Origin: Nitrospinota bacterium
Lineage (GTDB): Bacteria; Nitrospinota; Nitrospinia; Nitrospinales; VA-1
Direction: 5' to 3'
NCBI GenBank assembly: GCA_038108555.1
Contig: JAYNIA010000005.1
Coordinates: 1-64,000 of the forward strand
Length of the DNA: 64,000 nucleotides
Part shown: piece by piece, positions 27,774 through 38,537 of the stretch
Position numbering within the stretch: the first letter of the stretch is position 1
How the letters are laid out: every line of letters starts with the position of its first letter
Notes under the pieces: model-generated
Seen by the model: only the letters and a program-made list of their open reading frames with translations
Databases searched by the model: none
What the model was told of the DNA's origin: nothing
Position numbers and translations under genes: made by a program

Positions 27774-28706
27774 TTATACCATGGCTTCCCATGCAATTGA
27801 AGCCAGCGCTTCAATATACGTTGGGGAAAAATTCAAGGACTCTGTTCTATAAAGCTTGAGCTTCCTCTCTTCAGCGTATTGTTTGAATTCTATATCAATG
27901 TCAAAAAGAATTTCCACATGGTCACAAACAAAACCTACAGGGACGATCAATACTGTTTTCGATCCCACCCGGGAAATTTTATCTAATACCGATTCAACGG
28001 TGGGTCCCAACCAGGGAACCGGAATCATGCCCTGACTCTGATAAGCCTTATACCAATGTTTGGGTTTTACACGATCCACAAGTAGTTGGACTGTCTTGTT
28101 AAATTCCTGATCATATGGATCGCCGAATTCAAGGGACTCTGATGGAATACTATGTGCAGTGAATACGGTGTAAATAGAATCAGGTTTTTCCGGCTCCAGT
28201 CTCTTCAGAGCTTCATTGTATTTTTCAGCAAAGACATCGATTAACAACGGATGGTTGGCCCAACTCCCGACGAAATGCACATCTATATTTTCGCCCCCAC
28301 AACTTTTCAGACCTTCCTTAAAAGCTTTGAAATAGAGTCTGGTGCTCCAGGTACTGAATTGCGGGGCGAGGCAAAGGGCGACAACTTTTTTAATTCCATC
28401 TTCCTTCATTCGCTTTACTTCATCAGCGATAAAGGGGCTCCAGTTCCGCATACCCACATATACTTTGAATTGAGGTCCTTCCTGGTTGAGGAATTTTTCT
28501 AATCGGCTCGCGAGTTCGGCAGTGATCTCTCTTAAAGGAGACTTACCCCCGATCTGCTCGTATCTGTCACGAATAATCCCAATGACTTCGGGGGTAGATT
28601 CCGTACCCCCACGGATTTTTTTTAAATATTCAGGAATATCATCGGTGGACTCTGGCGCTCCATGCGCCATAAGAAATATCCCGATTTGGGGCTTGGCATT
28701 ATTCAT
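27774..28706 (-). CDS. hemH: Ferrochelatase
   Basis: GMRNWSPF, FTAHSIP, YQS...WLGP, GFVCDHVEILFDID. Confidence 0.95.
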   Translation of the reverse strand: MNNAKPQIGIFLMAHGAPESTDDIPEYLKKIRGGTESTPEVIGIIRDRYEQIGGKSPLREITAELASRLEKFLNQEGPQFKVYVGMRNWSPFIADEVKRMKEDGIKKVVALCLAPQFSTWSTRLYFKAFKEGLKSCGGENIDVHFVGSWANHPLLIDVFAEKYNEALKRLEPEKPDSIYTVFTAHSIPSESLEFGDPYDQEFNKTVQLLVDRVKPKHWYKAYQSQGMIPVPWLGPTVESVLDKISRVGSKTVLIVPVGFVCDHVEILFDIDIEFKQYAEERKLKLYRTESLNFSPTYIEALASIAWEAMV

Positions 28707-29736
28707 ATTTAAAATCGTGAACCATTTCGGCTACTGCTTTTACATGGTCCACCGGGGTGTGCTGTAAAATGCCATGACCTAAATTAAAAATATGCCCCTG
28801 CGGTCCGGCACGGCGAAGAATATCATGAACTCTTTCTTTAATAACAGGAATGGGAGCAAAAAGGGTTACCGGGTCGAGGTTCCCTTGCACCGGTTGATTG
28901 GGTCCTAAAATTTTCCGGGCCTCATCAATTTCAATACGCCAGTCAAAGCTGACCACATCTCCACCGGCCTGCTGTACCAAGTCGAGCATCGTGGAAGTTC
29001 CTGTACTAAAATTAATGATCGGGACTCCAAATTCTTTCAGTCCATCAAACACCCTTTTTAAATGGGGCAAGATATATTTTTGATAATCGTGAGGACTCAG
29101 GCATCCCACCCAGCTATCAAATATTTGCAAGGCCTGCGCACCGGCATTCACCTGCATTTTCAAATAATCCACAAGCATGGTGCACACCTTGTCCATCAAT
29201 TGATCCCAAACATCCGTGGCCTCATACATCATCAATTTTGTCGTAGTAAAATCGCGAGATTTTCCGCCTTCTATCATATAGCTGCACAAGGTAAACGGAG
29301 CGCCTGCAAATCCAATCAGAGGAATTTTACCGTCGATCTCTTTACGTACCAGCCGGATAGCATCTCCCACAAAACCGAGTTGTTCTTCTGCATTGACTGG
29401 CAGCAGTTTTTCGACCGCCTTTTTATCCTTAACAGGTCGCGGAATAACAGGACCGTCCCCGGCGGAAAACTCCAGACCAGTTCCCATGGGCTCGAGAGGG
29501 AGAAGAATATCAGCAAAAATAATTGCAGCATCGATATCCAGAACCCCCACCGGCTGCATGGTTACTTCGCAAGCTAGTTCCGGGGTTTTACACATTTCCA
29601 GAAATGTATATTTTTCTTTCAGGTCGCGATAGACCTTCATATATCGCCCTGCTTGCCGCATGAACCAAACCGGGGTTTTGTCGACCGGCTCACCCCGGCA
29701 TGCTTTTATAAATCGAAATTCACTAGAATCGTTCAT
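28699..29736 (-). CDS. hemE: Uroporphyrinogen decarboxylase
   Basis: PVWFMRQAGRY, GFAGAPFTL, QIFDSW, FNLGHG. Confidence 0.97.
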   Translation of the reverse strand: MNDSSEFRFIKACRGEPVDKTPVWFMRQAGRYMKVYRDLKEKYTFLEMCKTPELACEVTMQPVGVLDIDAAIIFADILLPLEPMGTGLEFSAGDGPVIPRPVKDKKAVEKLLPVNAEEQLGFVGDAIRLVRKEIDGKIPLIGFAGAPFTLCSYMIEGGKSRDFTTTKLMMYEATDVWDQLMDKVCTMLVDYLKMQVNAGAQALQIFDSWVGCLSPHDYQKYILPHLKRVFDGLKEFGVPIINFSTGTSTMLDLVQQAGGDVVSFDWRIEIDEARKILGPNQPVQGNLDPVTLFAPIPVIKERVHDILRRAGPQGHIFNLGHGILQHTPVDHVKAVAEMVHDFKYE

Positions 29737-29829
29737 AGACCTCTTTATAGAAATGGATTAAAATTTACTGATTATAGGACGGGACCCCAGTATGTTCAAT
29801 GGTTTGTTTGAGCACAGACGGAAAATTAA

Positions 29830-30978
29830 TTATCCTCCGGAAACCCCTGAAAATCGGCCTAGAACGGCCTCAATTTCCTTTAAAACCATTGGCTCCTCTT
29901 CCCCAGCAAGCTTTTCATCAAAAACGGGTACACTACGGGACAATAAAAGCTCTCCCAATGCCCAGACCACATGAGCCCGGATAAGTGGCTCCTCATCATC
30001 CAGAGCTTTAATCAAAAATGGCACCGCCTTGGGGTTTTTGGAATTTCCTAAAGCAACGGCAACATTTCTTAAAAGTCCGCGTCGTTTAATTCTTTTTATT
30101 GGACTTCCCTTGAACCTTTTTCGAAATCCCTTATCATCCAAAGAAATTAAATCCGTCAATAAAAAATTACTATCCACCGACTTAAATGCAGGTTCTTCTG
30201 TCTTTACTGCATACGAGTTCCAGGGGCATACAATCTGGCAATCGTCACACCCGTAGATTCTATTCCCAATCGCTTTCCTGAACTCAACGGGTATGACTCC
30301 TTTGAGCTCAATTGTAAGATAGGAAATGCATTTTTTTGAATCCAGCACATAAGGGGAAACAATTGCCTGAGTGGGGCATATATCGATACAACTACGGCAG
30401 GTTCCACAATGGTTTTCTGCAAATGTCGATTCAGGAAGAGCCACATCGACTAATATTTCTGAAAGGAAATACCAGGAACCGATCCCTTCACTGAGTAAAT
30501 TTGTATGCTTTCCTATCCAACCAAGACCTGCCTGTTGCGCCAGAGGTTTTTCCAGAATGGGACCTGTATCCACATATATTTTTGCATTACACTCCGGGAA
30601 CTCCTTACGAATGGTTTCTTCAAGCTCTTTCAAGCGGGGAGTGATTATATCGTGGTAGTCCTTATTCAAAGCATATAGGGAAACATCTCCCAGATCGGGG
30701 AAGTCCAAAAACTCCATTCCTTTTTCTGCCGTAAAATAATTGGTTCTCAAACAAATGACACTTTTAACATTCTCCAACACCAGATCCGGATCGCAGCGTT
30801 TTTCCCCACCTCGTCCCATATAGCCCATCTCACCTGCATAACCCAATTCCAACCATTGACGGAATTTCTCACCTGCTTCTTTTAAAAAAGGATTGGCAAT
30901 TCCAAAGCCATCAAAACCCAGAGCGAAGGCCTGTTCTTCGATATTTTTTATTTTGTCTTCCAATTCTGAAATAGGCAT
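29830..30978 (-). CDS. queG: tRNA epoxyqueuosine reductase
   Basis: DYH, VDTGPILEK, GWIGK, CGTCRSCIDICPT, CISYLTIE, YGCDDCQIVCPWN, HEAT repeat. Confidence 0.95.
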   Translation of the reverse strand: MPISELEDKIKNIEEQAFALGFDGFGIANPFLKEAGEKFRQWLELGYAGEMGYMGRGGEKRCDPDLVLENVKSVICLRTNYFTAEKGMEFLDFPDLGDVSLYALNKDYHDIITPRLKELEETIRKEFPECNAKIYVDTGPILEKPLAQQAGLGWIGKHTNLLSEGIGSWYFLSEILVDVALPESTFAENHCGTCRSCIDICPTQAIVSPYVLDSKKCISYLTIELKGVIPVEFRKAIGNRIYGCDDCQIVCPWNSYAVKTEEPAFKSVDSNFLLTDLISLDDKGFRKRFKGSPIKRIKRRGLLRNVAVALGNSKNPKAVPFLIKALDDEEPLIRAHVVWALGELLLSRSVPVFDEKLAGEEEPMVLKEIEAVLGRFSGVSGG

Positions 30979-31073
30979 TTCCAGATAAGTTGAAGGTAAT
31001 GGGTTATTTTGATATTCTCGGAAAAGTTGATTGCTTCAAGAACAGTTTAGAATCCTAAATAAGGAATAACCAA

Positions 31074-32024
31074 GTGAATAAAACGGGCTATATATCAGAT
31101 CCCTTTTATTTGAAACACGAGAACGAACCTCACCCGGAAAATCCCGGGCGCTTGAACGCCATTAAAAGTAAAATTGAATCCTCAAATTATTACAACAACC
31201 TCACATTAATTCAACCCCGCAAAGCAACAGTAGACGATATTGCCCGCGTCCATGACAAGGGATACATAGAAAGTGTCGAACAGAGTTGTAAAAATGGGGT
31301 ACGGAATCTGGATATGGATACGGTAATTTCACCGGACTCTTACGAGGCTGCTTTGTTAAGTGCGGGTGCCGGATTGGAAGCTGTTGATAATATTCTGGAT
31401 GGCACAGTGAACAATGCCTTTTGCGCAGTACGTCCTCCCGGCCATCATGCGGAACAAGATCGGGCCATGGGTTTTTGCCTGTTTAATAATGTAGCGGTCG
31501 TCGCACGTTATGCCCAGGAGGCAAAACAACTGGACAAAATTTTAATCTTTGATTGGGATGTTCACCATGGCAATGGGACACAACATTCCTTTTATAATAA
31601 TTCTTCCATTTTTTATAGCAGCACCCACCAATACCCCTTCTATCCGGGAACAGGAGGAAACGATGAAACAGGTTCCGGCGATGGACTGGGGTCGAATTTG
31701 AACATGCCCATGCGAGCATACTCGGAAGACTCTGATTATCTGGAGGCCATAGAGAATCGGCTGGTTCCTGCAATTCAAAAATTCAATCCAGATCTGATAA
31801 TCATCTCGGCAGGATTCGATGCCCATGTCAATGATCCGCTTGCCCAAATCGAATTGAGCACAGAATGCTACGGGAAAATGACACAACAGCTTTTAAAAGT
31901 GGCCCAAGATGTCTGTGGAGGAAAGATACTCTCCATGCTCGAGGGGGGATATGATTATTCCGCCTTATCCGATTCCGTCCAACTCCATGTTGAAACACTC
32001 CTAAACCCTAACTCAGAAAATTAA
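31074..32024 (+). CDS. Histone deacetylase family protein
   Basis: HPENPGRL, RPPGHHA, GFCLFNN, DWDVHHGNGT, SAGFDAH, LEGGY. Confidence 0.95.
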   Translation: MNKTGYISDPFYLKHENEPHPENPGRLNAIKSKIESSNYYNNLTLIQPRKATVDDIARVHDKGYIESVEQSCKNGVRNLDMDTVISPDSYEAALLSAGAGLEAVDNILDGTVNNAFCAVRPPGHHAEQDRAMGFCLFNNVAVVARYAQEAKQLDKILIFDWDVHHGNGTQHSFYNNSSIFYSSTHQYPFYPGTGGNDETGSGDGLGSNLNMPMRAYSEDSDYLEAIENRLVPAIQKFNPDLIIISAGFDAHVNDPLAQIELSTECYGKMTQQLLKVAQDVCGGKILSMLEGGYDYSALSDSVQLHVETLLNPNSEN

Positions 32025-32132
32025 ATTTGCAAATCCCTTGGCGGATTCAAAAAAAAGGGTTCCGATTATTAATCGTTTTAGATATTATAGGGGCGTTGTT
32101 TTTTAAATATTTTCAAGGAAAAAAAATTTTAA

Positions 32133-32312
32133 ATGCCCCACCCCACTGAGCCTAACGATAAAATTGGAATCTTTTCCGAGTTTGTAGATTTTTTAAAAAC
32201 ACGAAAAAAATGGTGGTTAGGTCCTATTGTTCTCATCATGTTATTAATGGGCTTGTTGATTGTGCTCACTGAAGGGAGCGCCGTAGCCCCATTCATATAC
32301 ACTCTTTTTTAA
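32133..32312 (+). CDS. Small membrane protein (DUF5989-like), 59 aa, not in the ORF track
   Basis: MPHPTEPNDKIGIFSEFVDFLKTRKKWWLGPIVLIMLLMGLLIVLTEGSAVAPFIYTLF*; RKKWWL.P...APFIYTLF signature. Confidence 0.88.
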   Translation: MPHPTEPNDKIGIFSEFVDFLKTRKKWWLGPIVLIMLLMGLLIVLTEGSAVAPFIYTLF

Positions 32313-32321
32313 AAAACTCCC

Positions 32322-33008
32322 TTGCTAAAACTGTCAATAGTTATTCCCATTTATAATGAGCGGGATACTCTGGAGACTCTAGTCGCCAAAGTCAATGCTG
32401 TTGATTATGAAAAAGAGATTATATTAGTTGATGATTTTTCGACCGATGGTACCCGTGAAATTTTAAAAAAATACGAAAACCAGGACGGCTTCCAGGTTCT
32501 TTATCATAAACGCAATCAAGGAAAAGGAGCGGCATTAAGGACCGGATTCTCCCAGGTAAACGGGGATATCATAATCATTCAAGATGCGGATCTGGAATAC
32601 AACCCGGCGGATTACGGAGTATTGATCGAACCGATTCTGGATGGCCGCGCAGACGTCGTTTACGGTTCCCGGTTTTTGGGAGGACCTCATCGCGTTTTGT
32701 TTTACTGGCACTCGGTAGGGAATATGGTGTTAACAACCCTTTCCAATATGTTCACCAACGTCAACCTTACAGATATGGAAACCGGTTATAAGGTATTCAC
32801 CAAAGAAGTCAACGACGCTCTCACCTTTAAATGCAATCGTTTCGGATTCGAACCCGAATTCACAGCAAAGGTCGCAAAAAAGAATTTCAGGATTTATGAA
32901 GTGCCCATTACCTATAATGGCCGGGACTATTCAGAAGGAAAGAAAATTACCTGGAAAGATGGTGTCGCTGCTATTTGGTATATTTTCAAGTTCCGCTTTA
33001 CAGACTGA
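32322..33008 (+). CDS. Glycosyltransferase family 2 (polyprenol-phosphate glycosyltransferase-like)
   Basis: [46 protein letters not shown]. Confidence 0.93.
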   Translation: MLKLSIVIPIYNERDTLETLVAKVNAVDYEKEIILVDDFSTDGTREILKKYENQDGFQVLYHKRNQGKGAALRTGFSQVNGDIIIIQDADLEYNPADYGVLIEPILDGRADVVYGSRFLGGPHRVLFYWHSVGNMVLTTLSNMFTNVNLTDMETGYKVFTKEVNDALTFKCNRFGFEPEFTAKVAKKNFRIYEVPITYNGRDYSEGKKITWKDGVAAIWYIFKFRFTD

Positions 33009-33026
33009 GCAGAAAAAGCCCTCTTT

Positions 33027-33416
33027 CTAATTCAACATTTCGCCACAATGGCTGCAGAAATCATCCTTAAATCCCACCTCATTTTCACAGGATGAACAAA
33101 TTTGAAAATCCTCTACCTCTTCCAGTAGTTTTCTAGCGCGGGATACATCTTCTTTTTTGGACCAAACCCGAACCTTCATTAAGTCGGCTACAGGAGCGGG
33201 TCCGGCATGAAACGAAATATTTTCCAACTGGCATGGAATATCTTCACTTTCCAGAAAACCTCTAACAATGTGAGCTTTAGCTTCATTTAAAATAGTACAT
33301 ACGACCGCCAGTTCGGGAATGTCTTTTTCCAGGGAAGGAACAAGTTGGACATTACAATCCCAACAGGTTGAGATGGAATTAGGATATTCGTCTTCACATT
33401 CCGGACAAATCTTCAT
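33027..33416 (-). CDS. DUF2007-like protein with terminal zinc ribbons
   Basis: CPEC..CWDC; AHIVRGFLESEDIP; CSSC..CSHCG. Confidence 0.8.
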   Translation of the reverse strand: MKICPECEDEYPNSISTCWDCNVQLVPSLEKDIPELAVVCTILNEAKAHIVRGFLESEDIPCQLENISFHAGPAPVADLMKVRVWSKKEDVSRARKLLEEVEDFQICSSCENEVGFKDDFCSHCGEMLN

Positions 33417-33526
33417 TCAATAAATTTAAATCACTTGCCTGGCATGTGCAAACAAAATTCTTCCACCCGCCAAACGCCGGTCAAAGTTTACTCTCTTTGA
33501 TATAATGTTTTATTCAAAAATATCCT

Positions 33527-33904
33527 TTGGATTGGGAGATGTATATTTACGTTACTGAAAACACTTTCCATTTGGCAAAAAAAGATCAGATCGTGGGTTC
33601 TTATATTTACGATAAATTTAATGAGGCCATCGCAAAAGTCGAAGCACTGTTGGTAGAGCCCGAAACTCATTGTTGTCGTTATTTAATAATCCGTCTGGGA
33701 GGTTTTTTAAAAATCAGAGGAAAAATACTCGCCATCCCTCACGAAATTTGTGAGGTGGAAGACCTGGGAAAAATAAAAATCACCTGGAGAAAAGAGTCCC
33801 TACTGGCAGCTCCCAGCCCAATCAATATCCGCCAACTTACACCCAACGAAGATGAACTTATACAGGATTACTTCCAAAATCAACCAAAATTGGTTACAAG
33901 TTAA
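33527..33904 (+). CDS. PRC-barrel domain protein
   Basis: IVGSYIYD...IAKVEALLVE...RYLIIRLGGFL...LAIP. Confidence 0.72.
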   Translation: MDWEMYIYVTENTFHLAKKDQIVGSYIYDKFNEAIAKVEALLVEPETHCCRYLIIRLGGFLKIRGKILAIPHEICEVEDLGKIKITWRKESLLAAPSPINIRQLTPNEDELIQDYFQNQPKLVTS

Positions 33905-34980
33905 ACTCTTTGCAACAGCCGGTGAATTGCATCATGAACATTTTTTACGGTGATATCTTCCAGGCAATAGGGCTTGTTATGTGGAGAGGGCTTGCATTCC
34001 CTGAAAAAACGTTGCCGGCAAGGGGAACAGGGATAATTTTGAGTTAAAATTTCACAACGCTCCGGAGCCATGAAAGGACCGGTTGTATTGGGGTTTCCGG
34101 GGCCAAAAATGCCTACAATCGGAGTGCCCACCATCGCGGCCAGATGCATCATGCCACTGTCGTTTCCAATAAAAATCCGGCTTTTCTTTAAGACTCCTGC
34201 AAGAACTCTTAAATTCATGGGCGGAGTGACTTTGACCTTACCGGGTGGGCAATAATCTTTGATCCTGTTCAACATATCTTCTTCAGATTTCGTCCCCAGC
34301 AAAATCAGTTTTTTTCCATCCGCTTTGAATATTTTTTGGCATAAAATACCAAACCGCTCCACGTGCCAGCTTCTTTCCTCTTTCGAGGTTCCGGGATGAA
34401 GGGTGATAAACTCTTCATCCTCATCAAGCCCAATATTCAGCAAAGCTTCCCGGACGGGCAAATCTCCCTCCTGCTTTACAACCGGACTGAATATGGTGTC
34501 GGGAATATCCAGGCTTAGAGGAGAAAAAATTTTAAAATAATAATCCACACGATACTGGCTTTTCTTCAGATGATTGGTGGTGACAATGGGGTGTGTCAGA
34601 AAAATATCCCTTCCATCCGTGTTATATCCCAATCTGTTTTTGGTTCCCGTCAAGCTCAGTAAAAATGCGGAACCGAAGGAGTTGGGAAACACAATGCCTA
34701 CATCGAACTGATATTTTTTCAAGCTGCGTGCAAATTTAACGCGGTTCCAAAAACCGGAATCTTTACCGGAAGGAAGTGAAAGCACCGTATTAATTGCAGG
34801 ATGTCCCAGAAGGAGTTCATCGGAGGGAGGTTTTACCACCGCCGTTATTCTGGCTTTCGGATAAGCCCGTCGTAAGGCCTGCAAAGAGGGCAAAGTCAAT
34901 ACCACATCGCCAATCCAATTTGGCATCCACAAAACTATGCTGTGAATATCCTGATTGTATAGGGGGCGGGATTCATCCAT
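33901..34980 (-). CDS. waaF: Lipopolysaccharide heptosyltransferase II (GT9)
   Basis: PNWIGDVV, PNSFGSA, GNDSGMMHLAA, IFGP, CSPC. Confidence 0.88.
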   Translation of the reverse strand: MDESRPLYNQDIHSIVLWMPNWIGDVVLTLPSLQALRRAYPKARITAVVKPPSDELLLGHPAINTVLSLPSGKDSGFWNRVKFARSLKKYQFDVGIVFPNSFGSAFLLSLTGTKNRLGYNTDGRDIFLTHPIVTTNHLKKSQYRVDYYFKIFSPLSLDIPDTIFSPVVKQEGDLPVREALLNIGLDEDEEFITLHPGTSKEERSWHVERFGILCQKIFKADGKKLILLGTKSEEDMLNRIKDYCPPGKVKVTPPMNLRVLAGVLKKSRIFIGNDSGMMHLAAMVGTPIVGIFGPGNPNTTGPFMAPERCEILTQNYPCSPCRQRFFRECKPSPHNKPYCLEDITVKNVHDAIHRLLQRV

Positions 34981-35064
34981 TACTTTACCCTTTGCCAGAA
35001 CTCTTAAATAAAGTGTGCCACTAAAATTTAATTTTGTTCAACCTTGCTGGAGCAAATGAGGATT

Positions 35065-36318
35065 CTATTTTATACGACGTATTTGCGCACCCAGCTTGGA
35101 TAATTTTTTTTCAATACTTACATAGCCACGATCAATATGATAAACCCGTGAGATTATAGACTGCCCTTTTGCTGCCAACGCAGCGAGAACCAGCGAAGCA
35201 CTTGCCCGTAAATCCGTGGCCATCAAGGGAGCGCCTGAAAGACCCTGCACTCCATTAATAATAGCCGTATGACCATCCAATGAAATATCGGCCCCCATCC
35301 TTTTTAATTCTGCAACATGCATGAACCGATTTTCGAAAACGGTCTCAACGATAATACTCTGTCCTTGCGCCAATGTCATCAACGCCATAAATTGCGCCTG
35401 GATATCGGTTGGAAAACCCGGATAGGGATGGGTTTTAGCGTTAACGGAACCAATTGGCCCATTTCCCCTTACCCGGATTTTGTCTTCACCCACCTCAACA
35501 TCCACCCGGGCTTCCTGAAGTTTCAAGGTAATAGGTTCTACATGTTTAGGCATGCAATTTTCTATCGTCACATCACCCTGTGTGATTGCAGCAGCAATCA
35601 TGAATGTACCCGTTTCAATTCGGTCCGGGAAAATGGTGCATTCGATGGGATTGATCGAAGTGGTTCCCTGAATGGTAATGATATCCGTACCATGACCTGA
35701 AATTTTTGCTCCTGCCTGATTTAAAATTTCAGCAAGGAAAACCACTTCAGGTTCTTTAGCAGCATTTTCAAGGACGGTTTCCCCCTCTGCCAATACCGCT
35801 GCCATCATTAAATTTGCAGTGCCTGTCACGGAAACAGTGTCAAAGTAAAATTGCATTCCCTTGAGGCGATCAGTTTTACCCTGAACATAGCCTTGTTCAA
35901 GTGAAATCTTTGCCCCCATTGCCTCGAGTCCCTTGATATGAAGATCAATAGGCCGTGCCCCAATCGCACAACCTCCTGGCAAGGAAACCCGTGCCTGTCC
36001 CAGTTTGGCCAGCAAAGGTCCCAGCACAAGACACGAAGCCCGCATGGTAGACACCAGGTCGTAGGGTGCTTCCGGATTATCTGCATTTGATGTATCGAGA
36101 ATGATTTTTTCGTTGCGGTAACTTTCTACCTTGGCACCTAAATCTTCCAGAAGTTTAATCATCGTGGCTACATCGCGAACTTTTGGGACTCCATCAATAA
36201 TATTTCGTCCCCGGGTCAGCAATGTCGCAGCAAGAACAGGCAAGACCGCGTTCTTGGCACCGCTCATTTTCACCACTCCTTCAAGCGGCGTTCCTCCTTC
36301 AATAGCAATTTTATCCAT
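35065..36318 (-). CDS. murA: UDP-N-acetylglucosamine 1-carboxyvinyltransferase
   Basis: GAKNA, MRAS, LPGGCAIGARP, PDRIETGT, PGFPTD, DLRA. Confidence 0.98.
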   Translation of the reverse strand: MDKIAIEGGTPLEGVVKMSGAKNAVLPVLAATLLTRGRNIIDGVPKVRDVATMIKLLEDLGAKVESYRNEKIILDTSNADNPEAPYDLVSTMRASCLVLGPLLAKLGQARVSLPGGCAIGARPIDLHIKGLEAMGAKISLEQGYVQGKTDRLKGMQFYFDTVSVTGTANLMMAAVLAEGETVLENAAKEPEVVFLAEILNQAGAKISGHGTDIITIQGTTSINPIECTIFPDRIETGTFMIAAAITQGDVTIENCMPKHVEPITLKLQEARVDVEVGEDKIRVRGNGPIGSVNAKTHPYPGFPTDIQAQFMALMTLAQGQSIIVETVFENRFMHVAELKRMGADISLDGHTAIINGVQGLSGAPLMATDLRASASLVLAALAAKGQSIISRVYHIDRGYVSIEKKLSKLGAQIRRIK

Positions 36319-37174
36319 TTGCGCTTTCTTTTTGAGCCTTGATCACGCGGTCATATCCCGAATAATCTTTTATTACCTCAATATTTTTATAACAGGAAAA
36401 CTTTTCTAAAAGGTCCGTCACTTTTTTCGCCTGGGAATGACCGATTTCTAAAATCAAAAATCCATTCTCTTCAAGCTTATCCACTGCTTTAGGAATAATA
36501 TTCTTATAAAAATCCAATCCATCGTTCCCACCGTCCAATGCTTTAATGGGTTCATAATTTTGAACCTCGGGCATAATTTTTTGGATGTCTTCAGAAGGAA
36601 TGTAAGGTGGATTCGATAAAATCATAGAATATAGTCCCGGCCAACTGCCGTTTTTCATATCACTACAAATAAATTCGATCTTTCCTGCAACCCCATTGCG
36701 TAATGAGTTTTCTTTTGCGACACTCAACGCTTGGGGATCAATATCTATCGCAATAACTTTGCAGTCTTCAATCTCTTTGGCCATAACAACAGAAAGAATT
36801 CCCGTCCCTGTTCCCAGATCCAAAATTCGGGCGGGAGCGGGTGGCATATATTTTAAAGCTGTTTCCACCAGGACTTCAGTTTCAGGCCTGGGACTTAATA
36901 CATTCTCATTCACAATAAAATTGAGCGACCAGAACTCCTGATACCCAATGATTTGAGAAACAGGCTCACGTCTTCGCCGACGTTCTATATTTTGTTTTGC
37001 CAGAATTTTTTCGAGATCGTTTAGAACCCTTTCCGACTGGGTCCTGAGGTCTGTCCTGGAAAGTTTTAAGGTATGGGCAAGAATGATCTCGGAATCTAAT
37101 CTCGGGGAGAGAACTCCCGCCTGAGCCAATTGATTTTGAGACCAATTAAGAAAAGAATCTATATTTGCATCCAT
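36311..37174 (-). CDS. prmC: Release factor glutamine methyltransferase
   Basis: PRPETE, DLGTGTG, SNPPY, ALDGG.DGL. Confidence 0.96.
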   Translation of the reverse strand: MDANIDSFLNWSQNQLAQAGVLSPRLDSEIILAHTLKLSRTDLRTQSERVLNDLEKILAKQNIERRRRREPVSQIIGYQEFWSLNFIVNENVLSPRPETEVLVETALKYMPPAPARILDLGTGTGILSVVMAKEIEDCKVIAIDIDPQALSVAKENSLRNGVAGKIEFICSDMKNGSWPGLYSMILSNPPYIPSEDIQKIMPEVQNYEPIKALDGGNDGLDFYKNIIPKAVDKLEENGFLILEIGHSQAKKVTDLLEKFSCYKNIEVIKDYSGYDRVIKAQKESANG

Positions 37175-37180
37175 CCTTTT

Positions 37181-38248
37181 TTAGACGTCGCCTTTTAAAG
37201 CTTCGGATTGAAAATGGAGACTCAGTGCATCGATGATCTCGTCAAGCCCCCCCTCCATTATGGAGGTCAATTTATGCAAGGTAAGCCCTATTCGGTGATC
37301 GGTTACACGCTCTTGCGGGAAATTATAGGTACGAATTCGTTCGCTGCGATCCCCTGACCCGACCTGTTGTTTTCTTTTGCTGGCCTGTTCATCGTGCATC
37401 TTTTTTTGTTCTTCATCATATAATCGGGCTCTCAAAACTTTCATCGCCTTATCCCGGTTTTTATGTTGCGACTTTTCATCCTGACAGGTAACGATCATTC
37501 CCGTGGGAACGTAGGTGAGTCGAACTGCCGAGTCTGTGGTATTTACACTTTGTCCACCCGGACCCGATGCGCGATACACATCAATTTTAATATCTGAAGG
37601 GTTGATCTTTATATCCACATCCTCCACTTCAGGGAGAATGGCTACCGTTACCGCAGATGTGTGAATTCGCCCCTGGCTTTCCGTATCAGGAACCCGTTGT
37701 ACACGATGGGTGCCGCCTTCATATTTCAATTTACTGTAGACTCCCTTCCCGGTGATACTAAAAATCACTTCCTTGAATCCCCCTTTGCCGGTCAGGTTGG
37801 AGCTTAGTATTTCTACCTGCCACCTTTTTTCTTCTGCAAACCGGGAATACATTCTAAACAGGTCATTCGAAAACAACGCTGCCTCTTCCCCGCCTGTCCC
37901 TGCGCGAATTTCAACAATGACGTTTCTTTCATCACGAGGGTCTTTGGGTAAAAGGAGAATTTTTAAATCTTCTTCGGCTTTCTTTTTTTGGGTTTCTACT
38001 TGAGCAAGATCTTCTTCTGCCATCTCAAGAAGTTCCGGATCGCTTTCTTCTTCCAGGATTTTTTTACTGTCCTCAAGCTGTTTGACATAATTTTGCAAGT
38101 CCTGAAACCGGTTGACTATAGGTGCCAGTTCAGATTGCTCTTTCGCGTATTTCTGGAATTCAGATTGCTGTGCAATGATTTTAGGATCACTGAGCAGATC
38201 ATTGAGATCGTTGTAACGTTTTTCAACCGTTTTCAACTTATCAAACAT
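37181..38248 (-). CDS. prfA: Peptide chain release factor 1
   Basis: [19 protein letters not shown] (PxT), GGQ, RIRTYNF. Confidence 0.98.
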   Translation of the reverse strand: MFDKLKTVEKRYNDLNDLLSDPKIIAQQSEFQKYAKEQSELAPIVNRFQDLQNYVKQLEDSKKILEEESDPELLEMAEEDLAQVETQKKKAEEDLKILLLPKDPRDERNVIVEIRAGTGGEEAALFSNDLFRMYSRFAEEKRWQVEILSSNLTGKGGFKEVIFSITGKGVYSKLKYEGGTHRVQRVPDTESQGRIHTSAVTVAILPEVEDVDIKINPSDIKIDVYRASGPGGQSVNTTDSAVRLTYVPTGMIVTCQDEKSQHKNRDKAMKVLRARLYDEEQKKMHDEQASKRKQQVGSGDRSERIRTYNFPQERVTDHRIGLTLHKLTSIMEGGLDEIIDALSLHFQSEALKGDV

Positions 38249-38299
38249 GGGAGATTCCGTACCTGGCGGAAAAATCAGGGGAAAGGGAAGAGGGAGAAG

Positions 38300-38527
38300 C
38301 TATTGGGGACTTGCAGATTCCTGTGGTTTTGCTTTGGCGTATTTGCGCTTGAATTTTTCAATGCGTCCCGCCGTATCCAGAAGTTTTTGTTTCCCTGTAA
38401 AAAAAGGATGGCAAGCTGAACAAATTTCCACATGCAAATCTTTAAGGGTCGTTCGTGTTTCCACTTCAGCCCCACAAGCACAACGGACTTTTGTTTCGAA
38501 ATATTCTGGATGAATGCTTTCTTTCAT
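38300..38527 (-). CDS. rpmE: 50S ribosomal protein L31, zinc-binding type
   Basis: [19 protein letters not shown]. Confidence 0.97.
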   Translation of the reverse strand: MKESIHPEYFETKVRCACGAEVETRTTLKDLHVEICSACHPFFTGKQKLLDTAGRIEKFKRKYAKAKPQESASPQ

Positions 38528-38537
38528 TGTTTCACCG

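Noticed and set aside
35008..35022. sigma54 site TGGCAC upstream of waaF on the minus strand
   Set aside because: The -12 GC element is absent at the required spacing.
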